This document shows positions 20,661-29,786 of a stretch of 64,000 nucleotides of DNA, in pieces. The stretch comes from a virus. Where the stretch lies: positions 1-64,000 of IMG/VR virus record IMGVR_UViG_3300010391_000273, one strand, 5' to 3'. The notes beneath the pieces are model-generated. The model saw only the letters and a program-made list of their open reading frames with translations. It made no database searches and was not told where the DNA came from. Both the position numbers and the translations under genes were made by a program. Numbering within the stretch: the stretch's first letter is position 1; every line of letters starts with the position of its first letter.

Positions 20661-21323
20661 CTATCCCTGATTCCTATTTATGTAGGGCCACCGACCAGTT
20701 TTTATCAATTTACCAGGATATAGGTCAAGGTAACCATTTTTGGCAATCCACATCCGTAGGTCTGATAGTCTACGTTCATAATTAGCTTCGGCATCTTGCA
20801 TCAAGGCGAGTTTTTCCATCTTTCGGTATTCATCAGCCATTGCACCGAAGACTAAAATGTCGTGATAGGATTCAGAAAAGTCTGGGCTCATCGTGCCAGA
20901 CAGGGTGATTAGAGAAACTTGTCCATCTGCATAAAGGGTAAAGGCAGTAGTCGGGATGCAATCTATCATGATACTCACGGAGTTAGTATGCATGTTGGTG
21001 ATGGCATAGTTACGTGGGGGCTGGCTACTCACAGGCCAAACATGCATCTCATCAGCAGTAAGTTGATTGAGCATAGTGTCCTTAGAAGTAGAGCTTAATC
21101 GTTCGAAAACTGCTAGGATCTTTTCAACACCTGGGAACGTAAGAGTATTAGACCCAACGGTGACGAGAGTAGACGTAGAAAGACGCCTGGAGGTCTCTAA
21201 GCCGATACTAGATGTGAGCCGTTTAAGGCGGTCATTCACCATCTTCCCAACACGAGTAGTAGCTGTAGTGCTAGTTAGATTTAAACGATCCATTGTCTCG
21301 CTGACAATTTCGGAAAAATTCAT
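20661..21323 (-). CDS. head-tail adaptor (tubular protein A-like)
   Basis: MNFSEIV...PDFSESYHDILVFGAMA pattern; position before nozzle. Confidence 0.75.
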   Translation of the reverse strand: MNFSEIVSETMDRLNLTSTTATTRVGKMVNDRLKRLTSSIGLETSRRLSTSTLVTVGSNTLTFPGVEKILAVFERLSSTSKDTMLNQLTADEMHVWPVSSQPPRNYAITNMHTNSVSIMIDCIPTTAFTLYADGQVSLITLSGTMSPDFSESYHDILVFGAMADEYRKMEKLALMQDAEANYERRLSDLRMWIAKNGYLDLYPGKLIKTGRWPYINRNQG

Positions 21324-21340
21324 GGATAAACCTTAAAAGT

Positions 21341-21685
21341 TTAAAAGTAGTACACGTCGATATTTTCAGAGCCACTTGCAGTGATCACGAAGGTTCCTGG
21401 TGTGACTGCAACTGAAAAAATAGATGGTTGAGTCTTGGAAAGAGGGACACCTGTATCACCTGAGTCACCTTTGAGGGTCTTGGTAATGACTGAGGTTGTA
21501 GGAGGGACTAGAACTACTACGAGTGTGGCTGCAGGAGGGGTGAACGTGACACTTCCGTTGATTAAGGCTCCTGTAATGTGTTGATATGGAGAGGCTACAT
21601 TAGGAGCGGGTACCACAAGGATGTTTGCCAAGATCCCGTCGCCCGTAATAGTTAAGTTTGCAGAACCTGTAAAAGATTTTGCCAT
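21341..21685 (-). CDS. small virion structural protein
   Basis: Beta-rich ORF preceded by start-associated motif. Confidence 0.6.
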   Translation of the reverse strand: MAKSFTGSANLTITGDGILANILVVPAPNVASPYQHITGALINGSVTFTPPAATLVVVLVPPTTSVITKTLKGDSGDTGVPLSKTQPSIFSVAVTPGTFVITASGSENIDVYYF

Positions 21686-21711
21686 TTATTGAGTCCTCGA
21701 AATAAATTTCA

Positions 21712-22041
21712 TTAGTCTACGTCTTTCTTAGGGTGATGGAATTTACCTAGATTCTTAGCCCTATTTGGATGTGCAAGCTTAATAGCATTCTTTGTAGCGT
21801 CAAGTTCGGAGCTGCCAGCGTGCATCATCGTAGCTATGTTTACATGCATGATCCCTTTTGAGTTGCCCTTAAGGAGGGGAGTCTTAGAGACGTGTTTGGG
21901 TTTGCCAGCTTCAGAACCAACTGAAAAGTCGCGGAGTTGTTTGTGGGACATAGTTTTCCTTAGTTTCTTAGCCATGGGAAAAGTTGCACCGTGGGAAGCG
22001 GCCTGCATAAGGTGTTGTTGTGCGATACTTTTTGATGGCAT
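21712..22041 (-). CDS. DUF3008-like small basic protein
   Basis: MPSKSIAQQ...MSHKQLRDF pattern. Confidence 0.6.
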   Translation of the reverse strand: MPSKSIAQQHLMQAASHGATFPMAKKLRKTMSHKQLRDFSVGSEAGKPKHVSKTPLLKGNSKGIMHVNIATMMHAGSSELDATKNAIKLAHPNRAKNLGKFHHPKKDVD

Positions 22042-22088
22042 ATTAATTTCCTTTAGGATCGCCTGGCGCTGCAGGCCCGTAGGCTAGC

Positions 22089-22619
22089 TTATTTCCGTGT
22101 GCGTCGGTCCATGAGGGCTTGTTGCAAAGGACTTAAGAGACGGATGTCACCACCCTCACGAAAACCTGGAGAAGAAAAGTTAGGCAGGCTAGTAGGTATG
22201 CGACTCTCTTTTGATGTCCGATCTGCCTCTGTTTGGAAGGCCTCTAATTCGTCTGGGTTTTGACCATAACTAAAACTGGGCATGGTATAGAGACTCTTAG
22301 CATAGGCCAAAAGTCGTGCTGGGAGGGATTTTCCACCAAACTCTCGCTTTGTTTGCCGAGCGTGGGTTAACTCGTGAGCAAGAGTGTCTTCGATTGCTGA
22401 TTGGGATTGGCCCTGCATGGCCGTGGGGTTGTAACTTATCGTGCCTGTTATGGGATTTTCAAAAGCTTGGATTGATGTATCGGGACGACTTCGTGCATTT
22501 ACAATATAGGCACCAATGGGCCCTATGGGACTTATGGCCGTGTTTGCCACATCAGGCATCTCCTGAGAAAGTTTCAGTTTGGCCTGAAGAATCTGTTGTT
22601 CGAGAGGAGTTAATGGCAT
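22089..22619 (-). CDS. zinc metallopeptidase-like protein
   Basis: TLAHELTHARQ (HExxH) and downstream ELEAF. Confidence 0.75.
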   Translation of the reverse strand: MPLTPLEQQILQAKLKLSQEMPDVANTAISPIGPIGAYIVNARSRPDTSIQAFENPITGTISYNPTAMQGQSQSAIEDTLAHELTHARQTKREFGGKSLPARLLAYAKSLYTMPSFSYGQNPDELEAFQTEADRTSKESRIPTSLPNFSSPGFREGGDIRLLSPLQQALMDRRTRK

Positions 22620-22710
22620 AGGGGCCTAAAAAAAAAGAGCCTATCTAGTTTTAGAAAGGCCCTTAACGAGAGGGAAACGTCAAATTCCGCTAAACTTGCG
22701 GCGAAAGCCC

Positions 22711-23205
22711 TTAGGCTTCGTCCAACTCTTCAACTGGACGTGGGTTAGCGGCTTCTTCGATGCAACGTTCTAGGAGGGATTTAAAGGAGTTTGCATATCT
22801 AAAGAGCTTAAGACGTTGAGAAGCTGTCTTGGCTGGATAATCGATGTCAATACCATGATCCTTACGACGGTAAACTTTGACCCAACCTTCACAGAAGCGA
22901 CCTACCTTGAGTCGGTTCATGAGCTCAATTTCCTCATTTGTATGGAAATCAGGGTCGATGAAGATACCGTGCTGGTACATCTTCCGCTTGAGCTTGAGCT
23001 TGGGGGAGCCGTCCTTGGGAGCCCATGGGGAACCATTTTTGCGATTAGCAGCGGTTTTCTTTTCGAAGGGCTTCGTGAGTTGAATGGCTTGGACGAGCGC
23101 GGCTACGAGATCCTTGGAGGAGGTGTCAGACTGAGTTGCCTGAACTTGTGTAGCTTGTACTGCTTGAGTTGCTTGATCTACGACGACCTTCTTTGGTCTT
23201 CCCAT
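22711..23205 (-). CDS. conserved phage hypothetical protein
   Basis: ORF with GAGGA RBS in late arm. Confidence 0.6.
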   Translation of the reverse strand: MGRPKKVVVDQATQAVQATQVQATQSDTSSKDLVAALVQAIQLTKPFEKKTAANRKNGSPWAPKDGSPKLKLKRKMYQHGIFIDPDFHTNEEIELMNRLKVGRFCEGWVKVYRRKDHGIDIDYPAKTASQRLKLFRYANSFKSLLERCIEEAANPRPVEELDEA

Positions 23206-23326
23206 TTTTATATTCCTCGTTTAAGCTTCTAAGTTTAAATCAATTAAGGTTACCAGAGAAGCGCCTGAACCTTAATATACGATACGAACGATTGTAAGAT
23301 TTGAGGTCTTTAGACCTCTATGAACT

Positions 23327-24079
23327 TTAGCTAGGACTATAGTAGCCTTCAATATGGATACGCCCTACACCAGTACTTGAGTGAGAGACATCCACATTGG
23401 CAAGAGCTGTAACTGGTGTGCCAGCTACACCAAAATCCCATGTGACTACTGATGGAACTCCAACAGCAGCGGTAGCATCTGTATGAGCGGCAATCACGGC
23501 ACCGGCCCCATCATCATCAATTAAATATACATCACCATTAACATGGGTTGTAATACTAAGGGTAATCTTCGTGATAAAGGATGTAAAACCAGTTTTTGCT
23601 GGGAACACATTGGCATAGGCCGCTGTGCCAGTTAAGACTTCGACATTAATTGTTTTCCATCTACGAACTTTGTCTCGATAGGCCACTGGTCCAGTGCCAA
23701 ACGCCTGGAGAGAGGTACGAGCACGATTTTCGATAGAGAATTGGGCCGCTACGAAGTTGACTGTGACACCATCGACAGTTACTGAAGCCACGACCACAGT
23801 GTAGTCGTTTCCAGCAGCAAAGAATCCGGCATCAGTATCGTTACTTAGATCGATTGAGAAGCCATGAATACCTGTGGTCAGGTCAAGATCGATGCCGTCG
23901 GTATCAAGGAGCGTGTAGCCTGCATCACTTGAGCGTTGGGTCATGCTTCCATTTTTGTAAATTTCTATGTCACTGGCAAGAAGACCAGTAAGTGTAACTG
24001 AGGCACGGGTATCATGCACAAACGTGTCAAAATAGACATAGACAGTTGCGCCTGTCGAGAAATCACCTAGATAATTCAT
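23327..24079 (-). CDS. virion structural protein (two beta domains)
   Basis: Beta-rich composition; position after capsid genes. Confidence 0.6.
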   Translation of the reverse strand: MNYLGDFSTGATVYVYFDTFVHDTRASVTLTGLLASDIEIYKNGSMTQRSSDAGYTLLDTDGIDLDLTTGIHGFSIDLSNDTDAGFFAAGNDYTVVVASVTVDGVTVNFVAAQFSIENRARTSLQAFGTGPVAYRDKVRRWKTINVEVLTGTAAYANVFPAKTGFTSFITKITLSITTHVNGDVYLIDDDGAGAVIAAHTDATAAVGVPSVVTWDFGVAGTPVTALANVDVSHSSTGVGRIHIEGYYSPS

Positions 24080-24158
24080 AGTTGGAGCCTAAAATAAAAG
24101 GGCCTCTCCACCAGGAGAGATGAAGAAGCCCTTGGGGTCATGTTAAAAAGAAAAATTA

Positions 24159-24599
24159 TTAGAGACCCGTTTTGACTCGACGATAACGGACAACATAGGT
24201 AAAGACACCTGTTGCTGTTCCTGGTTGGGTTGGAGCGCCTGAATCGATCAGGTTGAGGCCCCGACCCTTAGTGTGTGTAAGCTTTGTTGCTGCTAGAGGA
24301 ACAAGCTCCATGATGGTGTCTGAAGCTGCCGTATCGAAGCTGGCTGCGATACCTGTGAGGGCCGTTGTGCCTCCACCAATTGCGACGGCGATGTTTCCAC
24401 CACCACCGTAGGCTGCTACACCAAAGTTATTAACGATCATGCAGGAGACCAGTTGAGTAACTGTGTCGGCGTCTCCAGCTGAAACCATTTCGACACCGTT
24501 TGCGTGGCCAAGTTGGCCTGCAGCAGTGCCGACGATGTTGGCTGGTGAGATGGTCCCACGAGCTTGGAGAACATCTGAATAGAATTGTGACTTTTTCAT
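24159..24599 (-). CDS. capsid decoration-like protein, paralogous to C-terminal domain of 24612..25532
   Basis: Shared AAGQLGHAxGV and APTQPGTATG motifs. Confidence 0.65.
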   Translation of the reverse strand: MKKSQFYSDVLQARGTISPANIVGTAAGQLGHANGVEMVSAGDADTVTQLVSCMIVNNFGVAAYGGGGNIAVAIGGGTTALTGIAASFDTAASDTIMELVPLAATKLTHTKGRGLNLIDSGAPTQPGTATGVFTYVVRYRRVKTGL

Positions 24600-24611
24600 A
24601 TGTTATCCTTT

Positions 24612-25532
24612 TTAGGCTGTAATTGCGCGGTAACCAATGATCCACTTCAGGGTGCCAGTTGCTGTTCCTGGTTGGGTTGGAGCTACAGTAGAAACCAGGT
24701 TGAGCGGGTTATTTAGAACTACGACACGGTTAGCTGCTGTTAGAGGATCAAGCTCACCATAGGCCGTTGCAGCATTAGTACACCACACTGTGTTAGCTGC
24801 TACGCCTGTGATAGCTGTGCCGCCTGCACCATTGTTCACTGAGAGGTTACCACCATCGGTATAGGCCGCTGTGAGAAACAAAGATTCCCAAACCGCATAG
24901 ACTAATTGATTGTAAACTCCAACACCACCAGCAGCAACTAGGACAACACCTTGAGCATGGCCAAGTTGACCTGCGGCTGCACCTGTGATGTTAGCTGAGG
25001 TGATGGTTCCTGTGGCTGTTAGAATACTTGCGTCTACACCTGACTGAATACTTCCTGAACCGAACTTAGAAGCTGGTTGGATGTCCCAGGCAATCTGTCC
25101 TACTGAGGTTGATTTGACTGTGGTATAGCCCACGAGAACGACAACTGATGGGTTGCTTGTTGGGGCTGTTGCGGTGAATCCTCCAGCGGTTGTGTTTAGG
25201 TAAACTGGATCACCAACCGTCGTAACACCATTAGTATTTAAGTTAGCTGCTGATAGACCCCCCTTATAAACGTTTCCTGCTTTACCATTGGTAATCTTAC
25301 CAAGTGTGACATATACATCTGTTGCCAAGTTAGCAGAGTCTGCGTCCGCGAGAACAACCTTGACTAGTTTAGTTGTCACATCAAAGCCTGAAATGGCTAC
25401 AAGCGAGTCGGCGGCAATGTCGGAGCCGGTCTTATTAATAACAACCTGGCCCATTTGTCGGCGACCTCTAAATAGGAAGCCACCAGCACGAAGAACGGAT
25501 GAAAAACTACGAATATTTTTTGTTTGTGCCAT
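24612..25532 (-). CDS. capsid decoration/head fibre protein
   Basis: GDPVYL...GGFTATAP cement-like domain plus duplicated C-terminal domain. Confidence 0.65.
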   Translation of the reverse strand: MAQTKNIRSFSSVLRAGGFLFRGRRQMGQVVINKTGSDIAADSLVAISGFDVTTKLVKVVLADADSANLATDVYVTLGKITNGKAGNVYKGGLSAANLNTNGVTTVGDPVYLNTTAGGFTATAPTSNPSVVVLVGYTTVKSTSVGQIAWDIQPASKFGSGSIQSGVDASILTATGTITSANITGAAAGQLGHAQGVVLVAAGGVGVYNQLVYAVWESLFLTAAYTDGGNLSVNNGAGGTAITGVAANTVWCTNAATAYGELDPLTAANRVVVLNNPLNLVSTVAPTQPGTATGTLKWIIGYRAITA

Positions 25533-25601
25533 AGTATGGCTCCTTTAGTTGATCAGCTCCTATTGAAGATTATAATCTTCAAGCTGATCCGATTAATTGA
25601 T

Positions 25602-25637
25602 AAAAGAGTGGGAGGACAGCGAGAGCCATCCTCCCAT
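25602..25637 (-). terminator. putative intrinsic terminator after decoration gene
   Basis: TGGGAGG...CCTCCCA hairpin followed by CTCTTTT on minus strand. Confidence 0.45.
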
Positions 25638-25649
25638 TAGGAAACAGTG

Positions 25650-26087
25650 TTATGCACCGTTTACGTCATCAACGAATGGGTAACGGATCTGAACTGCTCC
25701 AGAAGCCGCTCCTGTCGTTGCCACACGCTGAACGCAGTTGTAGATTTCGTCGCCTGCTGCTCGACCATCACCAACCTTACCATCTGTGGTTTCTCGACCA
25801 ACTCTGGTATTGTCTGCACTATTTGCTACGATATTGGCTGTTGCGTTTCCAGCAATCTGATACCACCCAAACTTTGTGGAAGCGTCCACAGCAGCCATAG
25901 CAAAGGCAACAGGGCCAATAGCGTTTGCTGCTAGGAGTGTTGAGACACCTAGCTCATCGTAGGTAACTGCATCATTTGCTACTGTGCTCGTGACACCTTT
26001 GAGATAAATAAACTCGTTACCATCCTGCTTCCGAGTGGTGTTAAGCTTAAAACGCTTGCTTGTGTGAACTTGTGTAAATGCTGACAT
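25650..26087 (-). CDS. capsid cement/decoration protein
   Basis: DGNEFIYLK...FGWYQIAG pattern; directly after capsid locus. Confidence 0.7.
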   Translation of the reverse strand: MSAFTQVHTSKRFKLNTTRKQDGNEFIYLKGVTSTVANDAVTYDELGVSTLLAANAIGPVAFAMAAVDASTKFGWYQIAGNATANIVANSADNTRVGRETTDGKVGDGRAAGDEIYNCVQRVATTGAASGAVQIRYPFVDDVNGA

Positions 26088-26199
26088 TGTATTTTCCTTA
26101 TCCCTTACGGTCTGTAGAGGCTATAGCCGGATATTTCAGGGTGTGTCTACAGGTACGATTGCCCCGTTCGCTGTAGTTTGGTTGTTTAACGATTGATTG

Positions 26200-26805
26200 T
26201 TATAGGCTTAACGGAGCCACGCGACCGCTGTCTATTCTATTCTGTGTTCTTATTCGGTGACAATTGGCACAGACTAGCTCGCATTTAGCTATTTCTTCCA
26301 TAATATCTTTTATGGATCTATTTTTGTGCATATTAGCTATTGTATCTTTTTTATCATCACGAACATGGTCAAAGTCCATTACGTATACTGGAAACTGTTG
26401 ACCACAGTCCATACACGGTTTGTTTTTGAAAGAATCGATTATAGACTTCTTTTCAGCTTGTTTTGTTAACTGATAAGATAAACGCTTCTCACGATTATTG
26501 GCTGCATAAATTAGAGCTTTTTCTCGTTGACGATCCACATATTCTGGGTGGGTTGCTCTATATATTCGTTGTCGCTCGGTTTCTTTAGAAGGGTTAGCTA
26601 GTATTCGTTTTCTTGCTGCCACAGCTCTTGCTTGTCTAACTTCAGGTTTAGCTCTACGTCTAGCATCTGCAGCACGCATCAATTCTGGGTGCTTCTTCCG
26701 CCATTCGTAAAGATGTATCCTACGACATGCTTTACATCTTACTTTGTTCTTTCGAGTATAGTCTTTTTCTGGTTTATCTTCATTACAGTATTTACAAATC
26801 GACAT
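26200..26805 (-). CDS. free-standing HNH endonuclease
   Basis: CMDCG...MDFDHV...KCELVCANCHRIRT; N-terminal CxxC pairs. Confidence 0.85.
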   Translation of the reverse strand: MSICKYCNEDKPEKDYTRKNKVRCKACRRIHLYEWRKKHPELMRAADARRRAKPEVRQARAVAARKRILANPSKETERQRIYRATHPEYVDRQREKALIYAANNREKRLSYQLTKQAEKKSIIDSFKNKPCMDCGQQFPVYVMDFDHVRDDKKDTIANMHKNRSIKDIMEEIAKCELVCANCHRIRTQNRIDSGRVAPLSL

Positions 26806-26827
26806 TGTGTAATCAACCTCTATTAGA

Positions 26828-26856
26828 ATAATAACAGATTAATAACACAATGTCAA
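26828..26856 (-). promoter_or_regulatory. sigma70-type promoter for HNH gene
   Basis: TTGACA-17nt-TATTAT. Confidence 0.65.
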
Positions 26857-26924
26857 GATGATTATTTCATACAATTATTACTAATCTGTACTGAAATTCC
26901 TTTAAATAGTTGATTTTAAAGGAC

Positions 26925-28155
26925 TTATGCCGACTCACAAACGGCCAATCTGCTGCGGTTGTTAACTAGAGCTTGCAAAGCGGAGTATATTTTGAAGACA
27001 AATGCATTCTGACTGGGGATTTCGACAGTGTTGCCCTTGTCTCGGAAGTACTGCTTGGAAACTACGATGTTGTAGTTCTTTGGATTCAGGAAGTAGACAG
27101 GTGTTCCACCATATTGTGAGAATACGTATCTGGCTGTCTTGAACGCTAGGACCTTAAAGCCTGCGTTGGCTTCGTCGGTGTCTGTGAAGCGTTGAAGGGT
27201 CTGAAGTCCTGACTCATAGAGGACGTGTGGTGTCACTCCTGAAATCATGAACTTTGGTTGAAGACTGGCTCCTGAACCTTTAGCTGCCTTATTGAAGGCG
27301 GTTGTGAAGGTTGCTTCGATGTCAGATCCGTCTGCAGCGTATGTATCCGCGTAGTTCTTCCACCATGTTTCGACTGAGCTGTCAATGCCACCGACTGTAC
27401 CCGTACCTGCAGTGGAAACTAGGTCGTTGAGGCCGTTGAGTTCGTCGCCACCGGCTGTCGAAGTGACGAAGATGGACTGCTCGATTAGGTCATCGTGCGA
27501 GTTGATGCCATTTTCGAGAAGTTGCTTGACGAGGGCAATCTTCTGATTTTCCTCTGGGTTCTTAGCATCATCGCCCTTAGTCCATACGACGGGGACTGAG
27601 ATCTGGGCGACGTTGTAAGAGGCAGAGGTGCCAATTTCTGTCTTGACTAGCGAAGCTTCGTCCTGGTCAGAGGCTAGGACCGCTGCATCAGGATTTGCAC
27701 GGTAGTCGAGGGGAGCTTCGATTGTTGGTCCGAGTGCGATATGTTGGATAACGCCTTGACGTTCCATCTCACGAAGGGCTGCGTTTTCAGCCCACTGATT
27801 CTTTATTGTTACAAACGATTTTAATCGTTAGGGTTAGTCGTTTCTGTTCCGCCAACCTCCCTAGGTTTAAGTTTCACTAGGGAACAGACTATTGCATTCT
27901 CCATTAGGAGATCCCTTCGTTTAGTCGTTCACGCTGGATTTTTAATCCTTGCGCCTCGTAACCATTTCAGGCGTCCGAGTCGATTAGAGGGGATTTTCTA
28001 AAAAGTCATTACAACTTTTTAGGGCCATGTATGATACCTAGCAGTCTAATCCAGTGGTTGGATCGTTAAGCCGCCTTACGCATTTCCGCAAGGACTGCTG
28101 GGTAGCTCACCTTTTTAAGTTGGGAAGCCGCGATTTGTTCTATAGAAAGGCTCAT
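26925..28155 (-). CDS. major capsid protein, spliced: exon 28155..28069 joined to 27800..26925 (320 aa; 315 aa if 28111..28125 is also removed)
   Basis: GGAG RBS and ATG at 28155; removing 27801..28068 gives in-frame ...EMRKAA|NQWAENAALREMERQG...; HK97-like LNGL...GGID...WW and YFLN motifs. Confidence 0.85.
27801..28068 (-). ncRNA. group I self-splicing intron (268 nt, no ORF) in major capsid gene
   Basis: Exon ends in U, intron ends in G; P2 CUAAAAAGUUG/UGACUUUUUAG, P3 AUCCC/GGGAU, P4 CUCG/CGAG, P6, P7 GACUA/UAGUC, P8 UCUCC/GGAGA, P9 UCCCUAG/CUAGGGA. Confidence 0.92.
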
Positions 28156-28169
28156 AATTTAAATCTCCA

Positions 28170-28403
28170 TTAGTGAATAGTTATTGTTTCAATTGTACTA
28201 TCTGCACTTACGGAGGCAGGGACCGATTTACGAGATACCACATTGGTATTACGAGATAGCAGATATTGTTTGGCTGCTTCCAACAGGTCTATGGAGTCGC
28301 CTAACATGCCAATACCTGTATAACATGTTAAGCAGAGTAGGCCACGAACTACTCCAGAAACGTGGCAATGATCAACGTGACTCACTTTTTGTCCACTCCC
28401 CAA
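28170..28403 (-). pseudogene. endonuclease VII C-terminal fragment
   Basis: HVDHCHVSGVVRGLLCLTC...GDSIDLLEAAKQYL; no N-terminal half; catalytic Asn replaced by Tyr. Confidence 0.7.
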
Positions 28404-29038
28404 TAATAGGAAAGGGCTTGTTGAGCGAACACTTTTTGAAGACTTTTATATACTTTGAAACCAAAATATGTGAGGCCTGCGACGAGGATGACTACGACTC
28501 CTAAACCTATCATGAAGAGGTTAGACCAATTCACAACGGTGCCAAATTTCTCGGCTGTGGTGACTGTCGTCATGAGTTGTCGGGCGATGGCGCCAAGGAT
28601 GATTAGAGCGACTGGGCCTGCAACACCGAAAATGGCTACGTTTTGACGGGTGATGTGTGTTTCAGCCCGATCAAGACGACCATTCTGGGTGATCATGTGG
28701 GCTTCGACGGCTTTAACGGTGGTGTTTATAGAATTTAGTACGATGTCTTGGCCTTTAGTATGGGTTTGAATAAGATCACGAACCATTGATACCGTGGTAC
28801 TCGATTCCATTTGCTGAGCGGTTCGAATTTCTCGAATGTCATCTTGGAGACGTGGGAATTCACTTAAGGCTTTACTTGCTGTATCGGATACTATCTTCGC
28901 TGATTGAGCAGCGGCAGTGTTTAGGGTTTTTACGGCATCGGCAGCAGCAGTAGTGATTGTCGTTGTAGCTATTGCAGAAGCAGCTGCAATTATAGACGCC
29001 GCGTCTTTTTGTCTAGTAGAAGATCTTTCTAAAGCCAT
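28382..29038 (-). CDS. coiled-coil membrane protein (holin/lysis accessory-like)
   Basis: Helical region followed by two hydrophobic segments. Confidence 0.55.
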   Translation of the reverse strand: MALERSSTRQKDAASIIAAASAIATTTITTAAADAVKTLNTAAAQSAKIVSDTASKALSEFPRLQDDIREIRTAQQMESSTTVSMVRDLIQTHTKGQDIVLNSINTTVKAVEAHMITQNGRLDRAETHITRQNVAIFGVAGPVALIILGAIARQLMTTVTTAEKFGTVVNWSNLFMIGLGVVVILVAGLTYFGFKVYKSLQKVFAQQALSYYWGVDKK

Positions 29039-29126
29039 TTATTGAGTCTTCGAAATTTTTTAACTCTCACGATCAATCACTATTTATTGAGTCTTCGAAA
29101 TAAATTCTATCATCTAACGTCGTAGG

Positions 29127-29435
29127 CTAGCCAGACACCACCTGATCAATGGCTTTCAAGGTAACTGAGCCCGGCATGATCGTTGCTGAAACTGGTTGAG
29201 TCGTAATCATTCTAAGAAAGATATTGATTGCTGCTACAACTGCCATACACAGTGGAAGGTATTTGGGCGGGATCACAAAGCTGGTAATCTCGGTTGCTGA
29301 TCCTATGGCTGCGACTAAGGTCAGGAAATTGATCCAGAAAGTCTTCGAGCTAAAAAGCGATGTAGCTAGGACTAGGGTTCTGGAAGTGATGATATCAGAC
29401 ATATCAGAGCCTATGGTCAGATAGGTTAAACACAT
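29127..29435 (-). CDS. putative holin
   Basis: SKTFWIN...two TM helices...INIFLRMITTQPV. Confidence 0.65.
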   Translation of the reverse strand: MCLTYLTIGSDMSDIITSRTLVLATSLFSSKTFWINFLTLVAAIGSATEITSFVIPPKYLPLCMAVVAAINIFLRMITTQPVSATIMPGSVTLKAIDQVVSG

Positions 29436-29483
29436 CAGCCTACTCTATGGGGTCCAACCCCGTAGGGTAGGTTAGAATCGAGT

Positions 29484-29553
29484 TGGATCCCCATGGTGGG
29501 GTTGAACCACCGTCTCCTGACCGGAGCCAGGCACTCTTCTGAGCTAATGGGGA
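29484..29553 (-). tRNA. atypical tRNA (short D-loop, 6-nt anticodon loop CUCCGG; Arg-CCG- or Gly-UCC-like), CCA encoded
   Basis: Acceptor UCCCCAU/AUGGGGA-U-CCA, D arm GCUC-AGAA-GAGU, T arm GGUGG-UUCAACC-CCACC. Confidence 0.7.
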
Positions 29554-29756
29554 ATAAAAAGGGCCTTTATATTTTATATCCCATAAGGGTAGGGATAATA
29601 GATCGTAGGTTAAGCCAGGTCCGACCCCGTAGGGTAGGAGAAGGGGCCAAGAAAAACCAGCAGGAGGGTGGCTGGGTATGTACCCCTTTAAAATAAGTTT
29701 GAGATGACTAAATATAACTATAGCTATTTCTAATCATCTCAGTAAGTATCTTTAAA

Positions 29757-29786
29757 AGCATAACATGTTTTAAAGGTGATTGTCAA
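29757..29786 (-). promoter_or_regulatory. sigma70-type promoter upstream of tRNA/holin/capsid block
   Basis: TTGACA-18nt-TATGCT with extended TG. Confidence 0.5.

Noticed and set aside
6985-25934. Numerous plus-strand ORFs inside the structural arm (and minus-strand ORFs in the early arm)
   Set aside because: Antisense shadows of longer motif-bearing genes, with no RBS or recognisable domains
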